A DNA stretch of 40,000 bases from an uncultured Chloroflexia bacterium (GTDB lineage: Bacteria > Chloroflexota > Anaerolineae > B4-G1 > SLSP01). Position 1 is the stretch's first letter; each line of letters opens with the position of its first letter. The stretch lies in the NCBI GenBank assembly GCA_963751345.1, contig CAVVUS010000011.1, forward strand, positions 280,068 through 320,067, in the 5' to 3' direction. The notes below the pieces were generated by a model. That model did not search any database and was not told the origin of the DNA. It saw nothing but the letters and a program-made list of their open reading frames with translations. Shown here piece by piece: positions 1 to 10,244 of the stretch. The position numbers and the translations under genes are program-made.

Positions 1-783
1 GGCGTAGATCAGGACGGCCAACTGCGCGCCAAGCACAAAGGCCTGTTTGACTGCCTGGATTGAGAAGATGCCTTCGGGTAGGAGCCCACCACTGCCATCC
101 TCGCTGCCTGAATCGCCCGTCCCCGCGGCGCCTCCCGGGAGGAGAGTAGGGGTGGGTCTGGGCGTTGCCGTGGCCGGCTGGACGATGGTCGCGCCTGCAG
201 GTGGAGGCAAAGGCTCGTTCGTCGCCTCGGCCTGTGCGGTTTCCTCCGGGTTCGGCGTCGCCGTGGGTTCGGGCGTCGGCGTCGTCTCCTCGTTGTTGAC
301 CGTCAAGTTGTTCACGAAGTGGACCAGCGGAGTTTCATTCCCAGCCTCGTAGACCACCAGTGCCAGCACGTACTGCCCATTGGGTACCTGCGTCGTGTCC
401 CAGGTACCGAGAACTCCGTTCACGACCATGTTTTGGACATTCCAGGCAATAGGATTGCTGGAGTTCCACGAGGTTTCCCCTGTCACCCTCGATCCGGGCG
501 CATAGAGCACACCGTAGGAGACGAAGTTGGGGTTCGTGGCGGTCCCCTGGATGGCGACCTCGCCGCTCAACGTCGCGCCCTCACCGGGGCTGGTGATGAC
601 GAGCACATTGTCTTGAGCTAGCGGTGCCGCGAGCCCTGATTGCAGCGGGAGACCGGCAAGGCACAGGGACACCGCGAGAACTCTAGCGATCCACATGACT
701 CGCGAGATGAGCCCACCCTGTGTTCCCGGCATACGCGCTTGCCCATTCCCGACACCAAGCCGACTGGCATTTGTAGGCAGCAT
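1..783 (-). CDS. Secreted/surface protein with signal peptide, Ig-like beta-sandwich region and Thr/Pro-rich linker; 3' end lies beyond the window
   Basis: My translation of the minus strand from ATG at 783 is open to position 1: MLPTNASRLG..MWIARVLAVSLCLAGLPLQSGLAAPLAQDNVLVITSPGEGATLSGEVAIQG..NGQYVLALVVYEAGNE..TTPTPEPTATPNPEE.. It is missing from the ORF track because it has no stop in the window. Alternative starts at 732 and 696 (MWIARVL.. begins a signal-peptide-like segment). The + strand ORFs 47..352 and 319..621 are its antisense shadows. Confidence 0.6.
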   Translation of the reverse strand, partial: MLPTNASRLGVGNGQARMPGTQGGLISRVMWIARVLAVSLCLAGLPLQSGLAAPLAQDNVLVITSPGEGATLSGEVAIQGTATNPNFVSYGVLYAPGSRVTGETSWNSSNPIAWNVQNMVVNGVLGTWDTTQVPNGQYVLALVVYEAGNETPLVHFVNNLTVNNEETTPTPEPTATPNPEETAQAEATNEPLPPPAGATIVQPATATPRPTPTLLPGGAAGTGDSGSEDGSGGLLPEGIFSIQAVKQAFVLGAQLAVLIYA

Positions 784-940
784 ATGAGCTCCTCGTGTAG
801 AATTTGCGACTAGGAAGTCTAACATGGATGAAATGCTTGGCAAGTCAAGGAGGGGAGCGCTCAAACGTGGGAACCTTACGGGAAGGTCAGTAAGTTGCCT
901 CTCAATGACGAAGATTTCGCTGATGTTCCCGGAAGGTAGC

Positions 941-980
941 TGCAACTTCTTCGCCGATCCGTCGTATACTTACATGTAAG
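941..980 (+). promoter_or_regulatory. Candidate promoter/operator upstream of the PspC-domain gene
   Basis: -35-like TGCAAC (941-946) and -10-like TATACT (965-970), 18 nt apart. A perfect 12-bp palindrome CTTACATGTAAG (969-980) lies 21 nt upstream of the ATG at 1002. Pattern match only. Confidence 0.25.
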
Positions 981-1001
981 CACAATACGGAGGTGAGAGA
1001 T

Positions 1002-1190
1002 ATGTCAAACCATGAGAAGCTGCGTAGACAAAACGGCATCATTGCCGGTGTATGTGGGGGGTTGGGTGAGTTCTACGGCATCGCGCCCTTCTGGTTCCGC
1101 CTGTTGTTCCTGATTTTATTCCTGCCGGGTGGACTCCCTGGGCTCGTGCCGTACCTGATCCTGTGGATCGTCATCCCGCGCAAGCGCTAG
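1002..1190 (+). CDS. PspC-domain small membrane protein
   Basis: [51 protein letters not shown] matches the PspC domain signature (G-x-I-x-GVCxGLA.YFG..P...R). GGAGG sits upstream of the ATG at 1002; the ORF track starts at GTG 993 in the same frame. Confidence 0.75.
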   Translation: MSNHEKLRRQNGIIAGVCGGLGEFYGIAPFWFRLLFLILFLPGGLPGLVPYLILWIVIPRKR

Positions 1191-1236
1191 GATCGCCACA
1201 TCTCGAAGCGCTCGCGCACGCAGACAGCGCCGCTGT

Positions 1237-1280
1237 AAGCTGAGGCAGTCCGGGCATGGTGCCGCGGATTGCCTCAGCTT
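1237..1280. other. Perfect 11-bp inverted repeat (AAGCTGAGGCA / TGCCTCAGCTT) with a 22-nt loop between the PspC-domain gene and zwf
   Basis: Read directly: 1237-1247 pairs with 1270-1280. No U-tract follows, so its role (terminator, processing site or operator) is unknown. Confidence 0.5.
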
Positions 1281-1344
1281 GTATCGCCCCTGTGCTATAC
1301 TTATCAGGGTCTGGTGTTTGTGCAACCCTGAGAGGAGGGCACCC

Positions 1345-2805
1345 ATGGACGAACAATCGAGGCCGTCTACCATCGTCATTTTCGGTGCGTCGGGCGATCT
1401 GACCCAGCGCAAACTTGTGCCGGCGCTTCATAGCTTGGCCTGCGAGGCACTGCTCCCCGATGGCGTGCGGGTCATCGGCATAGCCCGTTCGGAGTTCACC
1501 GACGAAAGCTTCCGGGATCATCTCTACGAGGGGATCGAGGCCTACGCACGACGTAAGCCTGCCGTATGCGAGTTATGGTCGGGTATGGCGGATAGCTATA
1601 CGTACCTGCAAGGGGAGTACGACGATCCCGAGACCTATCGGCGCCTCAAGCAATTGCTCGATTCGGGGGACGTGGCAGACGGTGGGAAGGGCAACCGTCT
1701 CTTCTACCTATCGGTGCCACCCGTCGTCTACGGGGATATCGTCGAGCGCCTCGGCACGTCAGGTCTCAGCCATACCGATGGGGGATGGGCACGCATCGTG
1801 GTCGAGAAACCGTTCGGTCACGACTTCGACAGTGCTCGGGCTCTCAACGAGAGGATTCACACGGTTTTTGCAGAGGATCAGATTTTCCGGATTGATCATT
1901 ATCTGGGCAAAGAGACAGTCCAGAACATCCTCACCTTCCGCTTCGCCAACGCCATTTTCGAGCCGCTTTGGAACAGGCAGTACGTCGACCATGTAGAGAT
2001 CACAGTAACAGAGTCGGTGCTGGTCGGCCACCGGGCCGGATACTACGATACAGCCGGTGTGCTGCGGGACATGCTCCAGAACCATCTCCTGCAGCTTCTC
2101 TCGCTGACCGCGATGGAGCCGCCGGCAACGATCAACGCGGATGCGCTGCGGGATGAGAAGGTCAAGGTGCTGCACGCCGTCAGGAAGCCACTGCTCGATG
2201 ATATGGTGCTGGGGCAGTACCAGGGCTACCTTGATGAAAAGGGTGTGGCCAAGGGGTCGCGAACGCCGACATACGCGGCGATCCGTTTCTTCGTCGACAA
2301 TTGGCGATGGCAGGGGGTGCCCTTCTACCTGCAGTCCGGCAAGGGACTCAAGAACAAGGTCTCCGAGATCACACTGCAGTTCAAGAAGGTGCCGCATCTC
2401 CTCTTCCCCGATAGCGCCTCACTGGCCCCGAATCTGTTGGCCATCTGCATCCAGCCTGACGAGGCGATTCATCTTCGCTTTGAGACCAAGCAGCCCGGCA
2501 CAGGGATGCACAGCGTACCGGTCGACATGAACTTCGCCTACTCCCAGAACTTCGGCGGCAATGCGCTGCCTGAAGCCTATGAGCGCCTGCTACTCGATGC
2601 GCTTCAGGGCGACGCCTCACTCTTCGCCCGAGCCGACGAGATAGAGCTGGCCTGGAAGTTGATCGATCGACTGACCGGCACCGGTGCGCCACTTCCTTAC
2701 GAGGTCGGGTCGTGGGGGCCGTCTGCGGCCAACGACTTGATCTCCAAGGAAGGGTGCACGTGGCATTTCGGCTGCACTGAGGACGACGGTTCCTCGGCAT
2801 CGTAG
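1345..2805 (+). CDS. zwf: Glucose-6-phosphate 1-dehydrogenase
   Basis: N-terminal NADP motif [19 protein letters not shown] and active-site motif RIDHYLGKE, with G6PD-like sequence over the full length. ATG at 1345 is preceded by GAGAGGAGGG; the ORF track start at 1279 is an upstream extension. Confidence 0.95.
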   Translation: MDEQSRPSTIVIFGASGDLTQRKLVPALHSLACEALLPDGVRVIGIARSEFTDESFRDHLYEGIEAYARRKPAVCELWSGMADSYTYLQGEYDDPETYRRLKQLLDSGDVADGGKGNRLFYLSVPPVVYGDIVERLGTSGLSHTDGGWARIVVEKPFGHDFDSARALNERIHTVFAEDQIFRIDHYLGKETVQNILTFRFANAIFEPLWNRQYVDHVEITVTESVLVGHRAGYYDTAGVLRDMLQNHLLQLLSLTAMEPPATINADALRDEKVKVLHAVRKPLLDDMVLGQYQGYLDEKGVAKGSRTPTYAAIRFFVDNWRWQGVPFYLQSGKGLKNKVSEITLQFKKVPHLLFPDSASLAPNLLAICIQPDEAIHLRFETKQPGTGMHSVPVDMNFAYSQNFGGNALPEAYERLLLDALQGDASLFARADEIELAWKLIDRLTGTGAPLPYEVGSWGPSAANDLISKEGCTWHFGCTEDDGSSAS

Positions 2806-3369
2806 ATGAGACAAGGGGGGGCGTTGAACGATAGAGAACCAGAAGAACCGGCGGGGGAGCGGGAGGACGAGGGATCCCTCTACAGGGTGGAGCGAGACTC
2901 CATGGGCGAGATGCAGGTTCCCTGGGACGCACTGTGGGGTGCCCAAACTCAACGGGCGGTCGCCAACTTCCCGATCTCCGGGATCCGATTCGGCCGCAGG
3001 TTCATTCACGCCCTGGGATCCGTCAAGCGGGCGTGCGCGTTGGCCAACGAGGATCTGGCACTGCTGGCGCCGGATGTGACGGGTGCCATCGTGGCGGCGT
3101 GTGATGAGGTGATCCGGGGTGACCTAGATGCTCACTTCCCGCTCGACGTATTCCAAACAGGCTCGGGCACCTCGACGAACATGAACGCCAACGAAGTCAT
3201 CGCGATGCGGGCGATGCAGGTGCTCGCGGGTGCCCAACATTCGCAAGGTTCACGAACCTTGGCCCGCCGAGTAGTAGGGCGGGTTGCGAGGGTTCAGAGC
3301 GGAAGGTCCTGCAATAGCGACCCTGATCCACCCCAACGACCACGTCAACATGAGCCAATCCAGCAATGA
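2806..3369 (+). CDS. fumC: Class II fumarate hydratase (fumarase C/aspartase family), N-terminal fragment; frame broken by an insertion
   Basis: [48 protein letters not shown] is canonical FumC/AspA N-terminal sequence. Homology is lost after ..[12 protein letters not shown] (about 3249) and the frame ends at 3369. Confidence 0.85.
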   Translation: MRQGGALNDREPEEPAGEREDEGSLYRVERDSMGEMQVPWDALWGAQTQRAVANFPISGIRFGRRFIHALGSVKRACALANEDLALLAPDVTGAIVAACDEVIRGDLDAHFPLDVFQTGSGTSTNMNANEVIAMRAMQVLAGAQHSQGSRTLARRVVGRVARVQSGRSCNSDPDPPQRPRQHEPIQQ

Positions 3370-4345
3370 CGTGATCCCCACGGCGATCCACGTGGCGCTC
3401 ACGCTGGCGCTGCGGGACGAGCTCGTACCCGCGCTCACGCAGCTTGCCGATGCGCTGGGGGAGAAGGCCGTGGCCTTTGACGCCGTCGTGAAGACCGGGA
3501 GAACGCATCTCCAGGACGCGACCCCCATCCGTATGGGTCAGGTCTTCGGTGGCTATGAAGCACAGGCGCGATCGGCCGTGGCGCGTGCCCGGCAGGCCAT
3601 CGCGGCCCTGCGCGCGCTTCCGCTTGGCGGCACGGCCGTTGGGACCGGCCTGAATTGTCCCGTCGGATTCCCGGCACGCGCGATTGCCCATTTGAATGAG
3701 GCACTGGGCACCACATTCGTTGAGGCCGGGAACCACGTCGAGGCCAACGCAGCGAGGGACGCTGTGGTTGAGGCCTCCGGGCACCTCAAGACGATCGCGG
3801 TGGCGCTGCACAAGATTGCGAATGATATCCGGTGGATGGCCTCGGGGCCGCGCAACGGCCTGGGCGAGCTTCGCTTGCCCGCGGTCCAGCCCGGCTCCTC
3901 TATCATGCCGGGCAAGGTCAACCCCGTCATTGCCGAAGCGTTGATTATGGTCTGCGCACAGGTCATCGGCTTCGACGTGGCCAACACACTGGGCGGATTA
4001 GGCGGCTACTTCGAGCTGAACCTGATGATGCCGCTGTTGGCGCACAACACGCTCCACGCAACGGAGATGCTCTCCAACGCGACCTCGCTCTTCTCACGGA
4101 AGTGTGTGGCCGGTCTCGAGGTCGACGCCGCTCGCTGCGAGGCGTCGGTCGAGCGTAACCTCGCGCTCGCGACGGCGCTCGCGCCCGCAATCGGGTACGA
4201 TCGTGCTGCTGAGATCGCCAAGGCCGCGCAGGCCTCGGGTCGCACGGTGCGCGAGGTCGCGCTGGCTGAGAGCGTGCTTCCGGCTGAAGAGATCGATGCA
4301 CTACTTGACGCACGGAAGATGACCGAGCCCGGCCTAGGTTCGTAG
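3284..4345 (+). CDS. fumC: Class II fumarate hydratase, C-terminal fragment (homology resumes about 3305)
   Basis: [32 protein letters not shown] and the SS-loop [12 protein letters not shown] are the fumarase/aspartase signatures. This frame is +1 relative to the N-terminal fragment. Confidence 0.85.
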   Translation: MRGFRAEGPAIATLIHPNDHVNMSQSSNDVIPTAIHVALTLALRDELVPALTQLADALGEKAVAFDAVVKTGRTHLQDATPIRMGQVFGGYEAQARSAVARARQAIAALRALPLGGTAVGTGLNCPVGFPARAIAHLNEALGTTFVEAGNHVEANAARDAVVEASGHLKTIAVALHKIANDIRWMASGPRNGLGELRLPAVQPGSSIMPGKVNPVIAEALIMVCAQVIGFDVANTLGGLGGYFELNLMMPLLAHNTLHATEMLSNATSLFSRKCVAGLEVDAARCEASVERNLALATALAPAIGYDRAAEIAKAAQASGRTVREVALAESVLPAEEIDALLDARKMTEPGLGS

Positions 4346-4346
4346 T

Positions 4347-4362
4347 AACGACTTCAGTCGTT
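4347..4362 (+). terminator. Hairpin AACGAC-TTCA-GTCGTT just after the fumC stop
   Basis: Perfect 6-bp stem starting 2 nt after the TAG at 4343-4345. No clear U-tract. Confidence 0.35.
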
Positions 4363-4415
4363 CCGCCTCGGACGACACGCCTCAAGAGGCGCGCCCAGCG
4401 GACTGGGCGGGAGCA

Positions 4416-4433
4416 GAGCCGATGAATCGGTTC
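4416..4433 (-). terminator. Hairpin (GAACCGAT-TC-ATCGGCTC on the - strand) downstream of the ABC-F gene
   Basis: 8-bp stem with one mismatch/wobble, about 20 nt after the ABC-F stop (4454-4456), in the convergent intergenic region. Confidence 0.35.
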
Positions 4434-4453
4434 CTACGAACCCGTATGTGCGC

Positions 4454-6100
4454 CTACCCCCCTCTCACCTGTCCGATCCGGTGCTCCGCGTAATAGGTAT
4501 AGTCACCCGCGTACTCCGTCAACGCGCCCTCCTCCAGCTCAACGATGCGCGTGACGGACCTATCGAGGAAGTAGCGGTCGTGTGAGATCACCAGCAGCGT
4601 GCCCTCGAAGTCGTCCAACGCTTGCTCCAGCACCTCGCACGACGGCAAGTCCAGGTTGTTCGTCGGCTCGTCGAGGAGCAGGAAGTTGGCGTCTGAGAGC
4701 ATCAACTTGGCCAACTGAAGGCGGCTGCGCTCGCCTCCCGACAATGTGCTGACCTTGTCGCGGGTGCGCCGGTAGGGGAAAAGGAATCGCCGCAGGAAGT
4801 TGACGGCGGCGTGCTCGGACATCGAGCGGGCCTCCCAAATCTCCTCGATCAGCGTCCGGTCGGGATTGAGCGTCTCGTGTTCCTGGGCGTAGTAGCCCAC
4901 CGTCACGCTTGGCCCGATCGCGATGAGGCCCGACGTGGGGGCTTCCTGCCCCAGGATACAGCGAAGGAGCACGCTCTTGCCGGTGCCGTTGGCGCCCAGC
5001 AGGCCGACCCGCTCGCCACGCCAGACCAGAAGGTTCAGCCCCAGCAGGATAGGGTCGTCGTCGAAGACCTTGTCGAGGTCGTTGATCTCAAGCACCTTCT
5101 GCGACCCGCGCCAACCGCCGAGAGCCAACCCCATCCGTTCGCGGTCCGTGATGGGCTTCTCGACCTTGTCCATCCGCTCCAGCATCTTCTGGCGTGAGCG
5201 AGCCTGCCGGATGTGACGCTCGTCGACCACGATACTGGCCCAATACTCGAAACGTGCGATGGCGGCCTCGATCCTGGCGATCTCTTTCTGCTGCGCTGCG
5301 TAGAGCTGTTCTTGGCGTAGCAGGCGCAACTGCTTCTCCGCGCTGTAGGCCGAGTAGTTGCCGACGTAGAGGGTCAGCCGATGGTCCTCGACCTCGGCAA
5401 TGGTCGAGACGGTCTCGTCCAGGAGATACCGGTCGTGAGAGACGATGATGATGGTGCCGGGAAATGACTCGATGAAGTGCTCCAGCCTCGCCTTGCCTTC
5501 GAGGTCGAGGTGGTTGTCAGGTTCGTCCAGCAGGAGGAGGTCGCAGTGGGTGGCCAGGAGCCTGGCCAGGCCGAGCATCTTCTTCTGCCCGCCTGACAAC
5601 ACATCGACCTTGACGTCTTGGTCTCGATCCTCAAAGCCCACGGCCTGAAGCGCTTGGCGGCAGAGGCTCTCATATCTATAGCCCCCGAGCTGCTCGAATA
5701 GCTCCTGCTCGCGTGCGTGTGCGGCAAGCGTGCGCTCGAAGGCTGCCGGGTCGCCAGAGACCTCTGGACGACCCATCTGCGCCTCCAACGACCGCATATG
5801 CGACTCGATCCGCTGCAGCCGCCGGTCGGCGCCAAGCACGACCTCCCAGATGGTGGCGCCCGGATCGAAGGAAGGGTCCTGTGGCAAGTAGCCGATGCGG
5901 GTCTTGTGGCGGATGACGTGACCGCCGTCCGGCTGTAGCTCCCCGAGGATCAGACGCAGTAGCGTCGATTTGCCCGCTCCATTGGGACCCACCAACCCAA
6001 TGCGCTGTCCGAGCTGGATCTCCCACGAGACTTCATCGAGGATCAGCTCTGCGGCGTGGTGGAAGACCACCCGGTCAAGATGTACCAGAATCTCACTCAT
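4454..6100 (-). CDS. ABC-F family ATPase (two tandem ABC nucleotide-binding domains, no transmembrane domain)
   Basis: Two Walker A motifs (GPNGAGKST, GANGTGKSV), two ABC signatures (LSGGQKK, LSGGERS) and two Walker B motifs (LLLLDEP, FLLLDEP) flank a charged inter-domain linker. GGGGAG lies 7 nt upstream of the ATG at 6100. Confidence 0.9.
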   Translation of the reverse strand: MSEILVHLDRVVFHHAAELILDEVSWEIQLGQRIGLVGPNGAGKSTLLRLILGELQPDGGHVIRHKTRIGYLPQDPSFDPGATIWEVVLGADRRLQRIESHMRSLEAQMGRPEVSGDPAAFERTLAAHAREQELFEQLGGYRYESLCRQALQAVGFEDRDQDVKVDVLSGGQKKMLGLARLLATHCDLLLLDEPDNHLDLEGKARLEHFIESFPGTIIIVSHDRYLLDETVSTIAEVEDHRLTLYVGNYSAYSAEKQLRLLRQEQLYAAQQKEIARIEAAIARFEYWASIVVDERHIRQARSRQKMLERMDKVEKPITDRERMGLALGGWRGSQKVLEINDLDKVFDDDPILLGLNLLVWRGERVGLLGANGTGKSVLLRCILGQEAPTSGLIAIGPSVTVGYYAQEHETLNPDRTLIEEIWEARSMSEHAAVNFLRRFLFPYRRTRDKVSTLSGGERSRLQLAKLMLSDANFLLLDEPTNNLDLPSCEVLEQALDDFEGTLLVISHDRYFLDRSVTRIVELEEGALTEYAGDYTYYAEHRIGQVRGG

Positions 6101-6123
6101 GTCCCGTCTCCCCTGTGGTTGGC

Positions 6124-6281
6124 GCCGTGAGGGCTTGCGTCACGGCGGGGGGAGCGCGTCCATCAAGGGTACGAGAAAGCCGTGAGCGCAAGCGCGCCCA
6201 CGGCTTGATAAGTGCTTCTTAACCTGCGGCCCGAAGGCCGCGTTCAGCTCGTCGAGGGGCGCACCGCTAAGAAGGGTGCGC
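6124..6281 (-). promoter_or_regulatory. Structured 5' leader of the ABC-F gene: four consecutive perfect stem-loops
   Basis: Stems read directly: 6124-6130/6140-6146 (7 bp), 6177-6184/6199-6206 (8 bp), 6226-6231/6236-6241 (6 bp), 6259-6265/6275-6281 (7 bp). All lie within 180 nt upstream of the ABC-F start. Confidence 0.3.
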
Positions 6282-6566
6282 ATCCGTAAACGAGATGACG
6301 CCACGCAGCGTCAAGTTTGAGCTTCCCAGCAGAAATGTGATCATTTCAGATGCTCTATCTCATCCTTTCTGCTGACCATTCTACCCTATTTCGGCAGACC
6401 CGCTAACGGAATCGTACCTTTCCAACCAAATCCAGCCAAGAGCCAACCAAGACCATCGGCTGAGTAAGCCTCCGTCGTCCTATAGTCCTTGTACTGGTAA
6501 CTATCGCCTAAGCTGCAGCCGACTGCAAAATCTCCCCTCCGACATCACGCCGCCGGTGAGATCCTT

Positions 6567-9017
6567 ATGCTACAGCGCATAGTGGGAAAGGCACGGGCTA
6601 TGACACTGAACGCCAAGAAATCTGCAGGGGGACCCCTGAGCAACCAACAAGTGCAGCGGATGGATGAGTACTGGCACGCCGCGATGTACCTGTGCGCGGC
6701 CATGCTGTACCTCAAGGACAACCCGCTGCTCAGGGAACCGCTCAAGCTCGAGCAGATCAAGACGCGTCTTCTGGGCCACTGGGGCTCTGATCCCGGTCAG
6801 ACGCTGGTGTGGACGCATCTGAACCGCCTGATCCGGGAGCAGGACCTCAACATGATCTATATCTCGGGTCCCGGCCACGGGGCGCCGTCGATGCTCTCCC
6901 ACGCCTGGCTCGAAGGCACATATGGCGAGACGTATCCGGACAAAGGCCAGGGTGTGGATAGTATGCAGGCCTTCCTCAAGCAGTTCTCCTTTCCGGGAGG
7001 CATCGGCAGCCACTGCACGCCTGAGACGCCGGGGTCGCTGCATGAAGGCGGAGAACTCGGGTACAGCTTGTCTCACGCCTTTGGAGCAGCTTTCGACAAC
7101 CCGGACTTGATCGTGGCCTGTGTGATCGGCGATGGCGAGTCGGAGACCGGGCCGCTCGCTACAAGTTGGCACGGCAACAAGTTCCTGAACCCAGTAAGCG
7201 ACGGCGCAGTGCTGCCTATCTTGCACCTCAACGGTTACAAGATCGCTAACCCGACGGTGCTGGCGCGCGTCAGCCACGAAGAGCTAGACGACTTGATGCG
7301 CGGCTACGGCTATGAGCCTTACGTCCTTGAGTTCCACGTAGACGACGAACCTGAAACCATCCACCAGGCGATGGCCGCGACCCTCGATGCCGCAATTGCC
7401 GGAATCCACCGGATCCAGCAGCATGCTCGTACCGAGGGCGTGCAGGAGATGCCTCGATGGCCCATGATCATCCTGCGCTCCCCCAAGGGCTGGACCTGTC
7501 CCGCAGAAGTGGATGGGCACAAGGTTGAGGACTTCTGGCGAGCTCACCAAATTCCGGTCGACCCCCACAAGAACGCAACAGACCTGGAACTACTGGATAA
7601 ATGGCTCCGCAGTTACGAACCCGAACGCCTCTTCACGAAGGATGGTCATCTTATTCCTGAACTCAGGCAACTTGCCCCTACCGGCAACCGGCGCCTGAGC
7701 GCTAACCCCATCACGAACGGCGGCCTGGTGCGCAAGACGTTGGTGCTTCCGGATTTCCGGAACTATGCGGTGGACGTCCCCCGTCCCGGTGAGGTCCAGG
7801 TGGAGAACACGCGGGTGCTTGGGCGCTTCTTGCGCGATGTGATCACGGCCAATCCCACCAACTTCCGCTTTTTCTGCCCCGATGAGACCGCCTCCAACCG
7901 ACTGGACGACGTCTATGACGCGAGTGAAAAGGTCTGGATGGCCAAGATCCTGCCTGAGGATGCCGATGGCTCACACTTGGCCCGGCAGGGCCGGGTCATG
8001 GAGATGCTCTCCGAGCACACCTTGGAGGGCTGGCTTGAGGGCTACCTGCTGTCAGGTCGGCACGGCTTCTTTGCCTCTTACGAAGCCTTCATTCACATCA
8101 TTGATTCGATGTTCAACCAGCACGCCAAGTGGCTGGAGAAGTCACGTCAGATTCCCTGGCGTGCGTCGCTTTCCTCTCTCAACATCCTGCTGACCTCCAC
8201 GGTCTGGCGCCAGGATCACAACGGCTTTACTCATCAGGATCCTGGCTTCCTGGACGTCGTCACCAACAAGAGCCCCGAGGTCACGCGGATCTATTTGCCG
8301 CCCGACGCCAACTGCCTGCTTTCAGTTGGGGACCATTGCCTGCGCAGCACCGACTATGTCAACGTGACCGTCTGCGACAAGGAGATGCATCTGCAGTACC
8401 TCACGATGGATGAGGCTATCCAACACTGCACCAAAGGCATCGGCATCTGGGATTGGGCCAGCAACGACTTCGGCAGCGAACCTGACGTGGTGATCGCCAG
8501 CGCAGGCGATGTGCCCACGATGGAGGCGCTGGCAGCCACAGCTCTGTTGCGCAAGCATTTCCCGGACCTCAAGGTGCGCTTCATCAACGTGGTCGACCTG
8601 TTCAAGCTTGTGCCCCAGAGCGAACACGCGCACGGGCTCTCTGACGCCGATTTCGACAGTCTGTTCACTCGCGACAAACCGGTGATCTTCAACTTTCACG
8701 GCTACCCGTACCTAATCCACAAACTTACGTACCGTCGCACCAACAGCCCGAGAATCCATGTGCGTGGCTATAAGGAGCACGGCAACATCAACACTCCGAT
8801 GGAATTGGCCATCCGTAACCAGATCGACCGCTTCGATCTGGTCATCGACGTCATCGACCGCGTGCCCAAGCTCCAGGTGATGGGGGCTCACGTCAAAGAG
8901 CTGATGAAGAACGAGATCATCGAGAGCCTGAACTTCGCTTTCCAGGAGGGCTATGACCGGCCCGACTTCTCCGGCTGGACGTGGCCTCACGAGCGGGCAA
9001 ACGAGAGTGGTGAGTGA
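6567..9017 (+). CDS. xfp: Phosphoketolase (xylulose-5-P/fructose-6-P phosphoketolase)
   Basis: About 800 aa with [45 protein letters not shown] and GDGESETGP, typical of XFP-family thiamine-diphosphate enzymes. An alternative start at ATG 6600 (MTLNAKK..) is equally plausible. Confidence 0.93.
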   Translation: MLQRIVGKARAMTLNAKKSAGGPLSNQQVQRMDEYWHAAMYLCAAMLYLKDNPLLREPLKLEQIKTRLLGHWGSDPGQTLVWTHLNRLIREQDLNMIYISGPGHGAPSMLSHAWLEGTYGETYPDKGQGVDSMQAFLKQFSFPGGIGSHCTPETPGSLHEGGELGYSLSHAFGAAFDNPDLIVACVIGDGESETGPLATSWHGNKFLNPVSDGAVLPILHLNGYKIANPTVLARVSHEELDDLMRGYGYEPYVLEFHVDDEPETIHQAMAATLDAAIAGIHRIQQHARTEGVQEMPRWPMIILRSPKGWTCPAEVDGHKVEDFWRAHQIPVDPHKNATDLELLDKWLRSYEPERLFTKDGHLIPELRQLAPTGNRRLSANPITNGGLVRKTLVLPDFRNYAVDVPRPGEVQVENTRVLGRFLRDVITANPTNFRFFCPDETASNRLDDVYDASEKVWMAKILPEDADGSHLARQGRVMEMLSEHTLEGWLEGYLLSGRHGFFASYEAFIHIIDSMFNQHAKWLEKSRQIPWRASLSSLNILLTSTVWRQDHNGFTHQDPGFLDVVTNKSPEVTRIYLPPDANCLLSVGDHCLRSTDYVNVTVCDKEMHLQYLTMDEAIQHCTKGIGIWDWASNDFGSEPDVVIASAGDVPTMEALAATALLRKHFPDLKVRFINVVDLFKLVPQSEHAHGLSDADFDSLFTRDKPVIFNFHGYPYLIHKLTYRRTNSPRIHVRGYKEHGNINTPMELAIRNQIDRFDLVIDVIDRVPKLQVMGAHVKELMKNEIIESLNFAFQEGYDRPDFSGWTWPHERANESGE

Positions 9018-9050
9018 CAGCGCACCGGGGGGAGCCTTGATCGAGCAGCG

Positions 9051-10244
9051 ATGACGACAGACGGGAACATCCTTACGCTAAACAGTGGGTCATCCAGCAT
9101 CAAGTTCTCTGCCTATCACATGGGCAAGGATCAGCACTTGCGCGCCACGGGTGAGGCCGAGCGCATTGGCCTTGCCGATGGGGTTGTCTGGATGAAGGAT
9201 GCCGACGGATCGCTTCTGCAGCGCCGGCAGGTGACGATGACAGACCACGATGCTGCCCTGCGAACACTGCTCGATGCCTTGCGGGAGTACCTGCAGGCGG
9301 ACTTCGACGCCATCGGCCACCGCATTGTCTACGGTGGCGCTAACCACACCCGGCCGCAGCGGATCGACGCCCGGCTTATGGCTGAACTCCGCGATCTCGT
9401 GCCCCTCGCGCCTAACCACCTGCCTCACGAGATCAAGACCATCCTCGCGCTGCAGAGCCTGTATCCAGATCTACCCCAAGTTGCCTGCTTTGACACGGCC
9501 TTCCACCGGAGCATGCCCGAGATCGCGCAGTTGCTTCCGTTGCCACGCAGCTTCTGGGATGAGGGTGTGAGGCGCTACGGCTTCCATGGACTCTCTTATG
9601 AGTACATCACCCGGGAACTTGCCGAGATCGCCGAACTGCAGTCGCGCAGGCGTGTCATACTTGCTCATCTCGGAAGTGGTGCTAGTATAGCGGCAGTGCT
9701 TCACGGCCAGAGCGTGGAGACTATAATGAGCTATACCCCCACGGGTGGGTTGGTGATGGGCACCCGGAGTGGGGATCTGGATCCTGGCGTTGTGCTCTAT
9801 TGTCTTCAGGAAAAGGGCATGACTGCTGCAGCGGTCGCCGATCTGCTTGACAACCACGCTGGTCTGTTGGGTGTGTCAGGGATCACCTCCGATATGGAGG
9901 ACCTGCTGGAGCGACGACGCCAGGACTTTCGCGCCGACCAGGCGATTGAGTTGTTCTGCTATCAGGCACGCAAGTTTGTCGGAGCTTTGACAGCGGTCCT
10001 GGGCGGTGTGGACACGTTAGTATTCACGGGAGGTATCGGGGAAAACGCAGCGCCAGTGCGCTGGAGCATCTGTCACGGCTTGGCCTTCCTCGGCATTGAG
10101 CTTGACCCTGCCCTCAACGATGCCAACGCGTCGATCATATCGCGCGATGGTGCCGCTTGCACCGTTCGCGTGATGCATACGAACGAAGAGCTGATGATCG
10201 CGCGACACACGGTGAATCTGCTCCGCTGGGAGCATCCCTTCTGA
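9051..10244 (+). CDS. ackA: Acetate kinase
   Basis: ILTLNSGSSSIKFS N-terminal motif, ..HRIVYGG.., ..FDTAFH.., ..RRYGFHGLSY.., ..LAHLGSGASI.., ..VFTGGIGEN..; 397 aa. Confidence 0.93.
   Translation: MTTDGNILTLNSGSSSIKFSAYHMGKDQHLRATGEAERIGLADGVVWMKDADGSLLQRRQVTMTDHDAALRTLLDALREYLQADFDAIGHRIVYGGANHTRPQRIDARLMAELRDLVPLAPNHLPHEIKTILALQSLYPDLPQVACFDTAFHRSMPEIAQLLPLPRSFWDEGVRRYGFHGLSYEYITRELAEIAELQSRRRVILAHLGSGASIAAVLHGQSVETIMSYTPTGGLVMGTRSGDLDPGVVLYCLQEKGMTAAAVADLLDNHAGLLGVSGITSDMEDLLERRRQDFRADQAIELFCYQARKFVGALTAVLGGVDTLVFTGGIGENAAPVRWSICHGLAFLGIELDPALNDANASIISRDGAACTVRVMHTNEELMIARHTVNLLRWEHPF

Noticed and set aside
47-621. + strand ORFs 47..352 and 319..621 (Gly/Val/Pro-rich, no motifs)
   Set aside because: They lie antisense to a longer minus-strand ORF (1..783) that has a start codon, a signal peptide and a sensible domain-like sequence. 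They are typical shadow ORFs of GC-rich DNA.
3230-3330. fumC break as a programmed frameshift, translational bypass or simple homopolymer error
   Set aside because: The frames are separated by about 58 extra nucleotides bounded by AAGGT repeats, not by a slippery site or a homopolymer. Bypassing cannot be excluded, but nothing in the sequence specifically supports it.
6140-6283. Calling the 47-codon uORF upstream of the ABC-F gene a real leader-peptide gene
   Set aside because: It has no convincing Shine-Dalgarno sequence and no way to assess conservation here. It is kept only as a hypothesis within the leader finding.
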